IMG/VR virus record: IMGVR_UViG_3300028832_000112
Coordinates: 1-64,000 of that record
DNA from: a virus
Lineage: Duplodnaviria; Caudoviricetes
Strand: one strand, 5' to 3'
DNA: 64,000 bases
Positions 41,355 to 49,736 of this stretch are shown one piece after another. Numbering within the stretch: position 1 is the first letter of the stretch; the number at the start of each line of letters is the position of its first letter. The notes below the pieces were generated by a model, which made no database searches, had not been told where the DNA came from, and worked only from the letters and a program-made list of their open reading frames with translations. Both the position numbers and the translations under genes were made by a program.

Positions 41355-42575
41355 ATTCCGCACATGTCGCGCTTTTACGAGGCGGCCAATGCTGGTCGTC
41401 TCATGTCAGATACCAGTGACGACGGTCGCTTGGTATGCTTCAAGTACACCGAGGCAACTGCCGCCAATGCGGACTGGGACGAAGTCACGCTCAATGCGCG
41501 TGGCATCGTGTTCGAGACGGCGACTGGTAAGGTGGTCGCCCGTCCGTGGCACAAGTTCTTCAACTACCATGAGCTGTTCGGCGAACACGAACTGGCCAAG
41601 AAGACTCTGGAAGCGGTCAAGAAGGCTGGCCTTCCCCTTGGCATGGACGGAATTCCGCTGATGTTCGACAAGATCGACGGCTCGCTCGGCATCGTATTCT
41701 GGTATGGCGGCAAGTGGAACGTGACCACTGGCTGCAGCTTCCATTCTCCGCAAGTCCTCTGGGGCCGCATGTGGCTCAACGACCACATGAGGAAGCTCAA
41801 GTGTCCAATCGCCGACGACGCCTACAACAAGGTCATCAAGTCGCAGACGCACTTGTTCGAAATCGTCTGGCACCTTGACAAGCATCCTATTCGTTATCCG
41901 AAGGACGAAATGGTGTACTTGGGCGCGATCGAGACCAGCACTGGCGAAGAACTTCGCTCGGTATCCATTCGCAGCGCGTTCGCGGCAATGTTCGGCACCC
42001 ACATGCCGGAAAAGTTCGATTTCTCGTCCATTGAGAAGGTCGCGGAAATCTGCAAGACGCTTCCGGCTGACCACGAAGGCTTCGTCATCACGTGGCCTAG
42101 CGGATTCAAGCTGAAGATGAAGGGCGACGCATACTTGATGATGATGGGCTACTACGACAAGTGTACCGACAAGTATTTCTGGCGAGCCTACGACCCTAAT
42201 CTCAACATCTTCCATGCGAACCTCGACGCCGAACATAACTACGCCTATATCGACGACGAACCGCTGGTCATTCCAGAGGAACTGTTCGATATCCGTAACC
42301 GCATGGAGCTGTACGTGACTCGTTTCAGCGAGGCGCTGGACTACGTCATTTCCACTGGCGACTTCATCAAGATGACGCAGCATACGATGAAGGAACGCGC
42401 CTTGTACATCCAAGAGCATTTTGGCGAGGCGCAGCAAGCTCCGTTGCTCTCCTATGTTCGCGGAGACCGCATGGAGAATGTCAAGCGCATCGTCAACAAG
42501 ACGATGATGCGTCCGGAAAAGGGCGCGTCCGACAAGAATCCTTACATCGGCTATCACGAGGACAAAGATGACTGA
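41346..42575 (+). CDS. T4 Rnl1-like RNA ligase
   Basis: ARGIVF..., ARPWHKFFNY.E, KIDGSLG (motif I), LFEIV, HEGFVI, KLKMK. Confidence 0.88.
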   Translation: MIQIPHMSRFYEAANAGRLMSDTSDDGRLVCFKYTEATAANADWDEVTLNARGIVFETATGKVVARPWHKFFNYHELFGEHELAKKTLEAVKKAGLPLGMDGIPLMFDKIDGSLGIVFWYGGKWNVTTGCSFHSPQVLWGRMWLNDHMRKLKCPIADDAYNKVIKSQTHLFEIVWHLDKHPIRYPKDEMVYLGAIETSTGEELRSVSIRSAFAAMFGTHMPEKFDFSSIEKVAEICKTLPADHEGFVITWPSGFKLKMKGDAYLMMMGYYDKCTDKYFWRAYDPNLNIFHANLDAEHNYAYIDDEPLVIPEELFDIRNRMELYVTRFSEALDYVISTGDFIKMTQHTMKERALYIQEHFGEAQQAPLLSYVRGDRMENVKRIVNKTMMRPEKGASDKNPYIGYHEDKDD

Positions 42576-43041
42576 AGAAAAATTCATTTCCATTCTGCCG
42601 CTGTTCCGTGGAACGACTAAGCAAGCGAAGGCGGCGTTGGCGGCATACCCAGAAATCCAGCGCATCGACATCGGTGTAATCCGTAAGATCCTGGGATACA
42701 GCGGTACGCCTACGAAGGTACACGCCACGCCAGAACTTCTTGACAAAATGGTGGACAGATATCGCAACGGCGAGGGTACTTTGCGCGGTCTCGCCAAGGA
42801 GTACCGGGTTGCGCCCAAAACGTTCCAGCGAGCCTTGCATAAGGCTGGTTTCGACACGTCTAGGCAAGATACTTGGACGACCATCAAGGAAAAGCGTCTG
42901 CTGAACTACATTTCGCAAGGAATGACCTATACCGAGATAGCAAAGCTGTTCAACATCAGCGTATCCGCTGTCTCCCAAAAGGCTCACCGACTCGGTGTAC
43001 CCAATGTCAAACCGGGCCACCCAAACCCAAATCGCCATTAA
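42568..43041 (+). CDS. Helix-turn-helix DNA-binding protein
   Basis: TLRGLAKEYRVAPKT and QGMTYTEIAKLFNISVSAVSQKAHRLG. Confidence 0.75.
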   Translation: MTEEKFISILPLFRGTTKQAKAALAAYPEIQRIDIGVIRKILGYSGTPTKVHATPELLDKMVDRYRNGEGTLRGLAKEYRVAPKTFQRALHKAGFDTSRQDTWTTIKEKRLLNYISQGMTYTEIAKLFNISVSAVSQKAHRLGVPNVKPGHPNPNRH

Positions 43042-43052
43042 TGAGGTAAAAA

Positions 43053-43373
43053 ATGAACGAAGAAATTAGCATCTGCAATCCGAAACTCACCGAGTTCGAT
43101 ATCTGGAATGCCCAGCCGAGAAAGGTTGTGTGTACAACTACCGACAAATCTCCGATGAGCGCTGGGGATGAACCGACGAGTCTTGTTGCTGGTAACGAAT
43201 ACGAAGTCGAGCGTGTACAAGTGGAAAGCTGGTATACGCTCGTAAAGCTTGCTGGCGTGGACGGCTGGTACAACTCCGTGCTGTTCTCGGAACTCGATGG
43301 ATATGAACCAGTGAAAGACAGTCCGAGCAAGCGAGCTTGGCTTGGAACGCCGCAGCCGGGAGACTGGGATTAG
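43053..43373 (+). CDS. Hypothetical protein
   Basis: GAGG RBS; LVAGNEYEV...V..WYT.V.L....GWYNSVLF. Confidence 0.65.
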   Translation: MNEEISICNPKLTEFDIWNAQPRKVVCTTTDKSPMSAGDEPTSLVAGNEYEVERVQVESWYTLVKLAGVDGWYNSVLFSELDGYEPVKDSPSKRAWLGTPQPGDWD

Positions 43374-43375
43374 TC

Positions 43376-43768
43376 ATGTGGGGTTTGCGCCTAGAATGCT
43401 GCAAGAAGTGCGGCTGTACGTTCCAGCTTCGTCAAGGCCAGTATGAAGGTTATGGCGGCTGGTATGATGAGGACGGCCTCTGCTATTGGTGCAAGCGCGA
43501 GAAAACCGTCGGCAAGGAGCAGACCGATGATGAGTTCGATGAATATTGCAAGTGCAACGACTTGGTCGGAGAAACTATAGAAGGAATGCATCATTGGTGG
43601 TGGTGGGTTCTCGTGATTATGGGTGCCGCTATATGGTGCGGTATGATCTCGACGCTATGCACTGGATGTCAAGAAATCCGCAAGGCTCAAGTAGAAAAAC
43701 TCCGGTGCGAGTCTCCAGCACCATCATGGGCTAAACCGACTGGATGTAATACAAAGGAAGCAAAATGA
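43376..43768 (+). CDS. Cys-rich membrane protein
   Basis: CKKC...CYWC plus one TM segment. Confidence 0.55.
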   Translation: MWGLRLECCKKCGCTFQLRQGQYEGYGGWYDEDGLCYWCKREKTVGKEQTDDEFDEYCKCNDLVGETIEGMHHWWWWVLVIMGAAIWCGMISTLCTGCQEIRKAQVEKLRCESPAPSWAKPTGCNTKEAK

Positions 43769-44361
43769 AAAATTTAATATTGGTTATTGGACGTTCTGGC
43801 GCTGGCAAGGATTCTCTCATCCGCCACGCCAAGGAAGTTTTCAAGGACGTGTACAACATCGTGTCCGTTCCGTCCTATACGGATAGGCCGATGCGACCGG
43901 GCGAGACCGACGGCGTGGAACATACCTTCCTCACCAAGGAAGCGTTCGACGACCTCATGAAGCGCGAGACGATGTTCGGTTACACGAAGATCGGAGAAAC
44001 TGGGTTCCGCTACTGCTCTACCGTTGAAATGCTCAACCGTCTCGAAGGCGACACCATCTTCTACACGATCGATCCGAACGGCTACGACTACTGTCTCCAG
44101 TTCAAGGACATGTTCAATTTGAAAGTAATTTATGTCACTGCGAGCGAAGATATCCGCCGGGAACGTGCGAACGCTCGCAACGGTGACACGAGTACTTGGG
44201 AAAAGCGCAAGTCCGACGAGGACGGCCAGTTCAACTGCTTCGAGGCGCGAAAGCCTTGGGACGCAATGATTACGAACGATGGCGAGCTTGTCGAAGCCGA
44301 AAACGAGTTCGTGTTCGCTGTGAGCAAACTTCTATCAGGAGACGAAGATGTCGGAAAATAG
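43765..44361 (+). CDS. gmk: Guanylate kinase-like nucleotide kinase
   Basis: GRSGAGKD, SYTDRPMRPGETDGVEHTF, IDPNG. Confidence 0.88.
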   Translation: MKNLILVIGRSGAGKDSLIRHAKEVFKDVYNIVSVPSYTDRPMRPGETDGVEHTFLTKEAFDDLMKRETMFGYTKIGETGFRYCSTVEMLNRLEGDTIFYTIDPNGYDYCLQFKDMFNLKVIYVTASEDIRRERANARNGDTSTWEKRKSDEDGQFNCFEARKPWDAMITNDGELVEAENEFVFAVSKLLSGDEDVGK

Positions 44362-44839
44362 TAAGACTCCTACGACAAATGAAATAGAACGCGAGTTCTA
44401 TTATGCAATGTTGCCAGCAAGTGGCAACGAAAGCGGCACTGGCGACCTCTATTTCTGGTTCAGCAATATGGCTCGCCGTGGAATTCCTAGTGACTACGGC
44501 TGGTCGACGATACCGGAAGATGTGAAGCATGGCTATTCGTCGTCCAAGGATTCCTTGATGGAGTTCCTTCACAATACGCTGGCTCTGGATATCGACCGAG
44601 GCACTTGGAGCATGGCGGAAGCTACTGCCGTGCAGATATTCAAGGTCACTGAAAAAGTCGTGACGACAACATCGGTAGAACCCTATCCTTCCCTCAAGGT
44701 CGAGGAGTCCGCCATAACTGAGGTCGGCGAGGAAAAGTACGGCTGGAACGACCATGAGGAAACCACCACTTGCCCAAGGTGCGGCGAAGAAGGCGTTCCG
44801 TACGGTAATTGCCCTCACTGCGGCTATGACATCCACTAA
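44348..44839 (+). CDS. Hypothetical protein with C-terminal zinc ribbon
   Basis: AGGAG RBS; CPRCG......CPHCG. Confidence 0.65.
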   Translation: MSENSKTPTTNEIEREFYYAMLPASGNESGTGDLYFWFSNMARRGIPSDYGWSTIPEDVKHGYSSSKDSLMEFLHNTLALDIDRGTWSMAEATAVQIFKVTEKVVTTTSVEPYPSLKVEESAITEVGEEKYGWNDHEETTTCPRCGEEGVPYGNCPHCGYDIH

Positions 44840-44880
44840 TTGCCGTTTTTGAGCGAATTTAGCGTTCCCCTTCTGAAAGG

Positions 44881-44912
44881 GCCCAGACTGGACATCCCGG
44901 TCTGGGCTTTTT
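44881..44912 (+). terminator. Intrinsic terminator
   Basis: gcccagactgg-N5-ccggtctgggc-ttttt. Confidence 0.85.
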
Positions 44913-44940
44913 GCATAAGCTCCTAGTAAGGAGGCTGGAT

Positions 44941-45465
44941 ATGGCGGAACCGATTGTTCGACTTGTGGGCGATATAGACGAGGAAGTGGTATCAGAGGTC
45001 ATCGAGAAGCTGGGTAGGCTCTCACATAACGTGGGGAAGGTCATTCTGCTTATCGACAGCGACGGCGGTTCCATAGAAGAAGGCTTCCGATTGATCGACA
45101 CCATCCGGATTCTCCAAGACAAAGGGATAACCGTCCACACGGTTGGGTCGGGAAAACTTTATTCAATGTCATTTTTTGTCTTCTGCTCAGGAAAGGAACG
45201 GACTGCCTATCCGAGCACTCGATTCATGTCGCATTGTGCTCGATATGATGGGTTGGGTGAGAACGAGGCGTATACGGCGTCTGACTTGCGCGTTTTGCTC
45301 CAGGAAATGGAATACTACGACCGCATGATGAAGTCTGTGCTGATGGACGCCGGAGTAAGTTCTGCAGATGCAGACCAGCTATTAACGAAAAAGGACGTGT
45401 ATTTCAACGTCCCTCAAGCAATACATCTTGGAATTGTCCAGAAAGAAGAACACGATATCGTCTAG
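44941..45465 (+). CDS. clpP: ClpP-like protease subunit
   Basis: IDSDGGS, G.LYSMS (catalytic Ser), R.AYPSTRFMSH (His), KDVYFNVPQA..LG (Asp); AAGGAGG RBS. Confidence 0.85.
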   Translation: MAEPIVRLVGDIDEEVVSEVIEKLGRLSHNVGKVILLIDSDGGSIEEGFRLIDTIRILQDKGITVHTVGSGKLYSMSFFVFCSGKERTAYPSTRFMSHCARYDGLGENEAYTASDLRVLLQEMEYYDRMMKSVLMDAGVSSADADQLLTKKDVYFNVPQAIHLGIVQKEEHDIV

Positions 45466-46208
45466 GACAGCTCCACCGACATCCAGTCGTCGAAGTCGAA
45501 GAATTCGAACGGCATTTTCTGGTCTTTCATGTGGAGCCAGACATCGGTCGTGATGACGTGCGAACCGTTGAGCGCGTCTTCCACTTTCTTGTTGAGAAGC
45601 GGAATGCGGTCATCTAGGCTGCCGTCTCTTGCCGACAGTCCGTGCATCTCGATCTTGGCTTCTGGACGGTACATACCCTTGTCGTACGCTTCTAGTAGTT
45701 TGTTCTGGATACGATTGAATCGTCCGGTCGGAATGTAATTGTCGAACACGGTTCCGTCGTAAGTTAGTTGCACGAGGCGCACCTTGTAACGGCGCTGCAG
45801 CTCGCGCATTATGTGCCTACGCATGTTCATGAAGAACTGGTCGCATCGGTCGGTGAGGATGAAGTGGTCTACTTCTTGTTTCACGTTGCCGAACGAGTCG
45901 ACGAAGGTCGAGTCGCAGCGAAGCGACTTGAGGTCGATATCCAGTTCCGTCGAGAACAAGTGCAGAGACTTCTTCGAGTTGTACGCGACGTGACCGATCT
46001 CGTGGATTTCTTGGTTGTCCGGCAAGACGATGCCAGTCTCCTCTTTCAGTTCACGCTTCGCCGCTTCGAGCGGAGTCTCGCCGTTCTCGATGTGGCCCTT
46101 CGGAATGTCGTAGGCGTAATTGTAGGTATAGGGACGTCCAGTCGGATGTCCTCCAAGCACCTTATGGGTGCTCTTGTCAATGATGATAAAACCAGCTGAT
46201 AGTTCCAT
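45462..46208 (-). CDS. NUDIX hydrolase with C-terminal extension
   Basis: IPKGHIENGETPLEAAKRELKEETG Nudix box. Confidence 0.9.
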   Translation of the reverse strand: MELSAGFIIIDKSTHKVLGGHPTGRPYTYNYAYDIPKGHIENGETPLEAAKRELKEETGIVLPDNQEIHEIGHVAYNSKKSLHLFSTELDIDLKSLRCDSTFVDSFGNVKQEVDHFILTDRCDQFFMNMRRHIMRELQRRYKVRLVQLTYDGTVFDNYIPTGRFNRIQNKLLEAYDKGMYRPEAKIEMHGLSARDGSLDDRIPLLNKKVEDALNGSHVITTDVWLHMKDQKMPFEFFDFDDWMSVELS

Positions 46209-46223
46209 GCCTATTAAATTAGC

Positions 46224-46427
46224 TTAATCGCAGTCCTTGTTGATTTCGTAGGGCTGCTGGGGTTCCGTTACGTCGATGCGCTTGACCGTGGTCGTCGGCG
46301 TCACCTTCTGGGCGTCCATGCCGAGGAGGACGATACGCTTCATTTCGTCATATTCCTCGTCCGTTGCGTTGTCCGGGACGAAGAACTTCTGGACTTGCTT
46401 GTATTCGCGAGTGACTTCGAACTGCAT
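46224..46427 (-). CDS. Hypothetical protein
   Basis: AAGGAG RBS; upstream TTGCTATATT (46468-46477, minus strand). Confidence 0.6.
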   Translation of the reverse strand: MQFEVTREYKQVQKFFVPDNATDEEYDEMKRIVLLGMDAQKVTPTTTVKRIDVTEPQQPYEINKDCD

Positions 46428-46525
46428 AAGAATCTCCTTGTTTCTTACTTTTTTCTTATTTATATAAAATATAGCAATTTTCCGTGTTCTCGTCACCTAA
46501 ACTGATTGGAAAAGGAAGAAATTTT

Positions 46526-47341
46526 ATGGGTTTCAATATGCCTAAGACCAAAACAGTAGAACACGGCGAGATTACCTTAGAACAGCTCAATGAAATCAAG
46601 CGATGCGCAAGTGACTTGTCTTATTTCGCCAAGTACATAAAGCTCGAAAAGAATGGATATCCGATCAACTGGAGAGACTACCAGCTTCGCGAGTTCGACA
46701 TTCTCCAGAAGTACAACAACGTCATCCACAACTGGTGTAGGCAAGCTGGCAACCGATGGATCGAGGCCGCCTATGTGTTGTGGTACGTGACGTTCAACTC
46801 GTCTCGCTGCTGTGTGCTGTTGGATGTCAAGCATAGCATGGCCAAGGAACAGCTCGCGCTTATCAAGACGATGTACTTGAACTTGCCGTGGTGGTTGAAG
46901 AAGGAAGCCGATTTCCATAAGATATACGCCACGTTCGGTTCTGGCATAGACAAATGCACCATATTCGTTGAGGCGTACGGCCTTGGTGGATTCCGTGGTA
47001 AGACGGTTAACTTGTTCATGTGTCGGAATTTTGCATTTGTCAAGGAATCCATAGCAAACGATTTCGCGGCTTCCGTATTTCCGGTACACATGTCAGGTAA
47101 TCCGAAGAATCACCGCATGCTGATATCCTCTTGTCCAAACGGCAAGGGCAACTTGTTCCATCATCTGTGGAATAGTTGCATCCAGCTGCCCAACGTGATT
47201 CAGCCGGAATCGACGTCGTTTGTCGGTACGGAAGTGACGTACAGCAAGCAAGTCAAGCCGTACGTGAAAAAGGACATGTCGAGCTTGCTTCCGCGCCACA
47301 TCTACCTCGCCGAGTATGAATGTAAATTCGTGGACAGATAA
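46526..47341 (+). CDS. Degenerate T4 gp17-like large-terminase ATPase domain (no nuclease domain)
   Basis: EIKRCASDLSYFAKY, RDYQ, CRQAGN (Walker A without Lys), YLNLPWWL, FRGKTVNLFMCRNFAFV (Walker B without DE), SSCPNG.GNLFHHLW, AEYECKF. Confidence 0.75.
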   Translation: MGFNMPKTKTVEHGEITLEQLNEIKRCASDLSYFAKYIKLEKNGYPINWRDYQLREFDILQKYNNVIHNWCRQAGNRWIEAAYVLWYVTFNSSRCCVLLDVKHSMAKEQLALIKTMYLNLPWWLKKEADFHKIYATFGSGIDKCTIFVEAYGLGGFRGKTVNLFMCRNFAFVKESIANDFAASVFPVHMSGNPKNHRMLISSCPNGKGNLFHHLWNSCIQLPNVIQPESTSFVGTEVTYSKQVKPYVKKDMSSLLPRHIYLAEYECKFVDR

Positions 47342-47347
47342 TAAACT
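47340..47347 (+). promoter_or_regulatory. Putative late promoter motif AATAAACT
   Basis: 27 nt before ATG 47375. Confidence 0.6.
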
Positions 47348-47374
47348 GTGGCTAAAGTCTCCTACGAGGAAACA

Positions 47375-47653
47375 ATGGCTAATATGAAATCTGTCGATGA
47401 AGTTATCGACGCCGAAATCGGCGGTTCTCCGATTTGCGAAGCCGTGAAGCAGATCGCTGGCACGTTGTTTGAGTCAATCGATTACAACAACGCAAGTGCC
47501 GTGTACAATGCTCTTGCAGAAGGCCAGTACTTTACTGACGCGGAACTTGAGCTTGTTACCAATGGCTGGGGCTTGAACACTGATACCTTGGACAGAATCT
47601 GCCAAGTCCGCTATGGCGGCGATGCAGACCAAGTTATTGAAGGACGTGTATGA
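47375..47653 (+). CDS. Small putative internal head protein
   Basis: SPICEAVKQIAGTLFES module followed by FTDAELELVTNGWGLN..TLD.I..VRYG. Confidence 0.6.
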   Translation: MANMKSVDEVIDAEIGGSPICEAVKQIAGTLFESIDYNNASAVYNALAEGQYFTDAELELVTNGWGLNTDTLDRICQVRYGGDADQVIEGRV

Positions 47654-48522
47654 GACCCTACCTAGCTATCAGTATCAACGGCGGCGGTGCCCTCGGCATC
47701 GGCCCTCTCGCGTTCATGGAACGTCTCGAAAGCGATGTCGGTAGAGGACTCAACGAAATCGGCGTTGCGTTTGCTGGAACTTCTACTGGCTCCATCATCG
47801 CTGGCGGTTTCGACGAAGGATATAACGCCCATGAATTACGTAAGCTGTACCGTGACAACTTGAAGAAGATTTTCACGAAGTATTCGTGGTACAAGCGCTT
47901 GCAGCCTTCTTGCCCGACCTACGACAACTCCTACTTGAAGGAACTCCTCAAGAAGAAGTTCAAGGGAAAGGTCAGCGACTGGAAGAAGCCCATTTACATT
48001 CCGACTACGCACACGAACGGTGAAAGCGTGGAGAAGGTTTGGGACTTGGGCGATACGAAGGTCGACAAGTGGTTCGCCATCTTGACAAGCACTGCGGCTC
48101 CTACATTCTTCGATGTTGTCGTTCAAGACGGCCAAAGTTTTTGTGACGGTGGTATGTGGGCGAACTCTCCGATTGCAGTCCTCAACGCTGGCTTGAAGCG
48201 TTCTGAGTACGTAGGCAAGCTCCGCATTCTTTCGTTCAACACTGGCATGGATACGCCGAACACGCTCAAGGGAAACCAGTCCCTCATCGGTTGGGCTACC
48301 TACCTCAAGGACGAATGGATCGCTCGCGCCGGAAAGAGCAACGACTACGAAGTCATCGCCGATCTCGGCGCAGAGAACGTGGCCATCGCCTCTCCGAAGC
48401 ACTCTTCAAAGATTGCGATGGACAAGACCGACGACGACACGCTCAATAAGATCGAGAAAATCTGGACGGACTACTACGATGCCAACCGTGAATATTTCAA
48501 GAAATTCGTGAAGTGCTACTAG
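47650..48522 (+). CDS. Patatin-like phospholipase
   Basis: NGGGALG, GTSTG, STAAPTFF, DGGMWAN; catalytic Ser and Asp intact. Confidence 0.92.
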   Translation: MRPYLAISINGGGALGIGPLAFMERLESDVGRGLNEIGVAFAGTSTGSIIAGGFDEGYNAHELRKLYRDNLKKIFTKYSWYKRLQPSCPTYDNSYLKELLKKKFKGKVSDWKKPIYIPTTHTNGESVEKVWDLGDTKVDKWFAILTSTAAPTFFDVVVQDGQSFCDGGMWANSPIAVLNAGLKRSEYVGKLRILSFNTGMDTPNTLKGNQSLIGWATYLKDEWIARAGKSNDYEVIADLGAENVAIASPKHSSKIAMDKTDDDTLNKIEKIWTDYYDANREYFKKFVKCY

Positions 48523-48542
48523 GAACGGCTGGAAATGGATAA

Positions 48543-48581
48543 AAAAGGGGATTTGCCAAGCAAATCCTCTTTTGCTATATT
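48543..48581 (+). promoter_or_regulatory. Terminator hairpin overlapping an early promoter
   Basis: aaaaggggatttgc-caa-gcaaatcctctttt contains TTGCCA(48553)-N17-TATATT(48576). Confidence 0.7.
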
Positions 48582-48607
48582 TAGGGCAACTTATCACTGG
48601 AATTCTC

Positions 48608-49372
48608 ATGGGAGAACTCAAACAAGCAGCTGGCATCAAGGTGGTACTCCAAGACCATTACGAAATGCCGAACCCACTTGAAACGACTTGCACCGTACTG
48701 TCATCGATCGGTATAAGCCCAGAATACTCACCGATGGCTGGCACGACGGAACTCTGGATCAACAGCGATGACGGTTCCTCGAAGTATGTTGGCTATCTTG
48801 ACTTTATCCACGATTTGCCGACTGGTCGACGTAATCTCTGGGGTCACACCGACGGCGGCAAGGCGATGCAACTCCTGACTGATAAGGACATCTTTGAATT
48901 CAAGGATATTCTCATGGCAGAAAACAACATCCAAGACAACGACGCACTCGAAATCATCGTACAGTACCAGCACGAAGACACCTACCGTCTCAAGGCTATC
49001 GAAAAGGGCAACTGGATCGACATGGCCGCCGACGAAGACGTGACTATCAAGGCTGGCGAACTCAAGCTCATCAACCTCGGAGTGGCTATGAAGCTTCCGG
49101 AAGGCTACGAAGGACACCTTGCCCCTCGTTCCTCCACGCTCAAGAAGTTCGGTGTGCTTCAGGCAAATTCAGTCGGCGTCGTCGACGATACATACTGTGG
49201 CCCTACAGACTGGTGGCGCTTCCCGGCATTCGCTACTCGCGATACCGAGATCAAGCGCGGCGAACGCATCTGCCAGTTCCGCATCATGGAAGTGCAGCCG
49301 AAGCTCCGCTTCACCGAAGGAAAGATGGTCGCCGAAGACCGAGGCGGATTCGGTTCCACCGGGACAAAGTAA
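48608..49372 (+). CDS. dut: Trimeric dUTPase with ~100-aa N-terminal extension (possible internal start at 48914)
   Basis: WIDM, APRSST, NSVGVVDDTYCG, GERICQ, RGGFGSTG. Confidence 0.9.
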   Translation: MGELKQAAGIKVVLQDHYEMPNPLETTCTVLSSIGISPEYSPMAGTTELWINSDDGSSKYVGYLDFIHDLPTGRRNLWGHTDGGKAMQLLTDKDIFEFKDILMAENNIQDNDALEIIVQYQHEDTYRLKAIEKGNWIDMAADEDVTIKAGELKLINLGVAMKLPEGYEGHLAPRSSTLKKFGVLQANSVGVVDDTYCGPTDWWRFPAFATRDTEIKRGERICQFRIMEVQPKLRFTEGKMVAEDRGGFGSTGTK

Positions 49373-49389
49373 TTGTTGTTAGTCCATAC

Positions 49390-49428
49390 AAGATCGCCAG
49401 CGTCTGCTGGCGGTCTTTTTCATAAACT
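49390..49428 (+). terminator. Terminator followed directly by late motif CATAAACT (49421-49428)
   Basis: aagatcgccagc-gtct-gctggcggtctt-ttt-cataaact. Confidence 0.8.
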
Positions 49429-49434
49429 AGGGTC

Positions 49435-49725
49435 ATGCAAGCATTTCTCCACTCGATAGCTCCTTTCCTTGGCGGTTTCGGCTCGTTTCTCTTTGCGATC
49501 GTCAACGTTCCTATCATCGTAAAAATTTATATGCAGAAGTCCACAGAAGGGACTTCTTTGCTGTTTGTGCTGATGTCGTTCTTTGCGAACATCTGCTGCG
49601 GCATGTTCGTGCTGGACAACAACCTCACTACGGGCGTATGGCAGATTCCGCTTTATTGCAACTACGGATTCGCGTTCTGCTGTTGCTGCTGGATTCTGTA
49701 CTTGTTCCATAAGTTCAAGAAATAG
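49435..49725 (+). CDS. PQ-loop / SemiSWEET-like three-helix membrane protein
   Basis: G..GS.LFA...VPIIVKIY..KSTEGTS..F; P....NY in helix 3. Confidence 0.7.
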   Translation: MQAFLHSIAPFLGGFGSFLFAIVNVPIIVKIYMQKSTEGTSLLFVLMSFFANICCGMFVLDNNLTTGVWQIPLYCNYGFAFCCCCWILYLFHKFKK

Positions 49726-49736
49726 AATAATTTATC

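Noticed and set aside
47650-48522. Complete CBASS system around the patatin
   Set aside because: No CD-NTase or cap2/cap3 is adjacent, and the nucleotidyltransferase at 35140 has RlaP-type motifs and lies 12 kb away.
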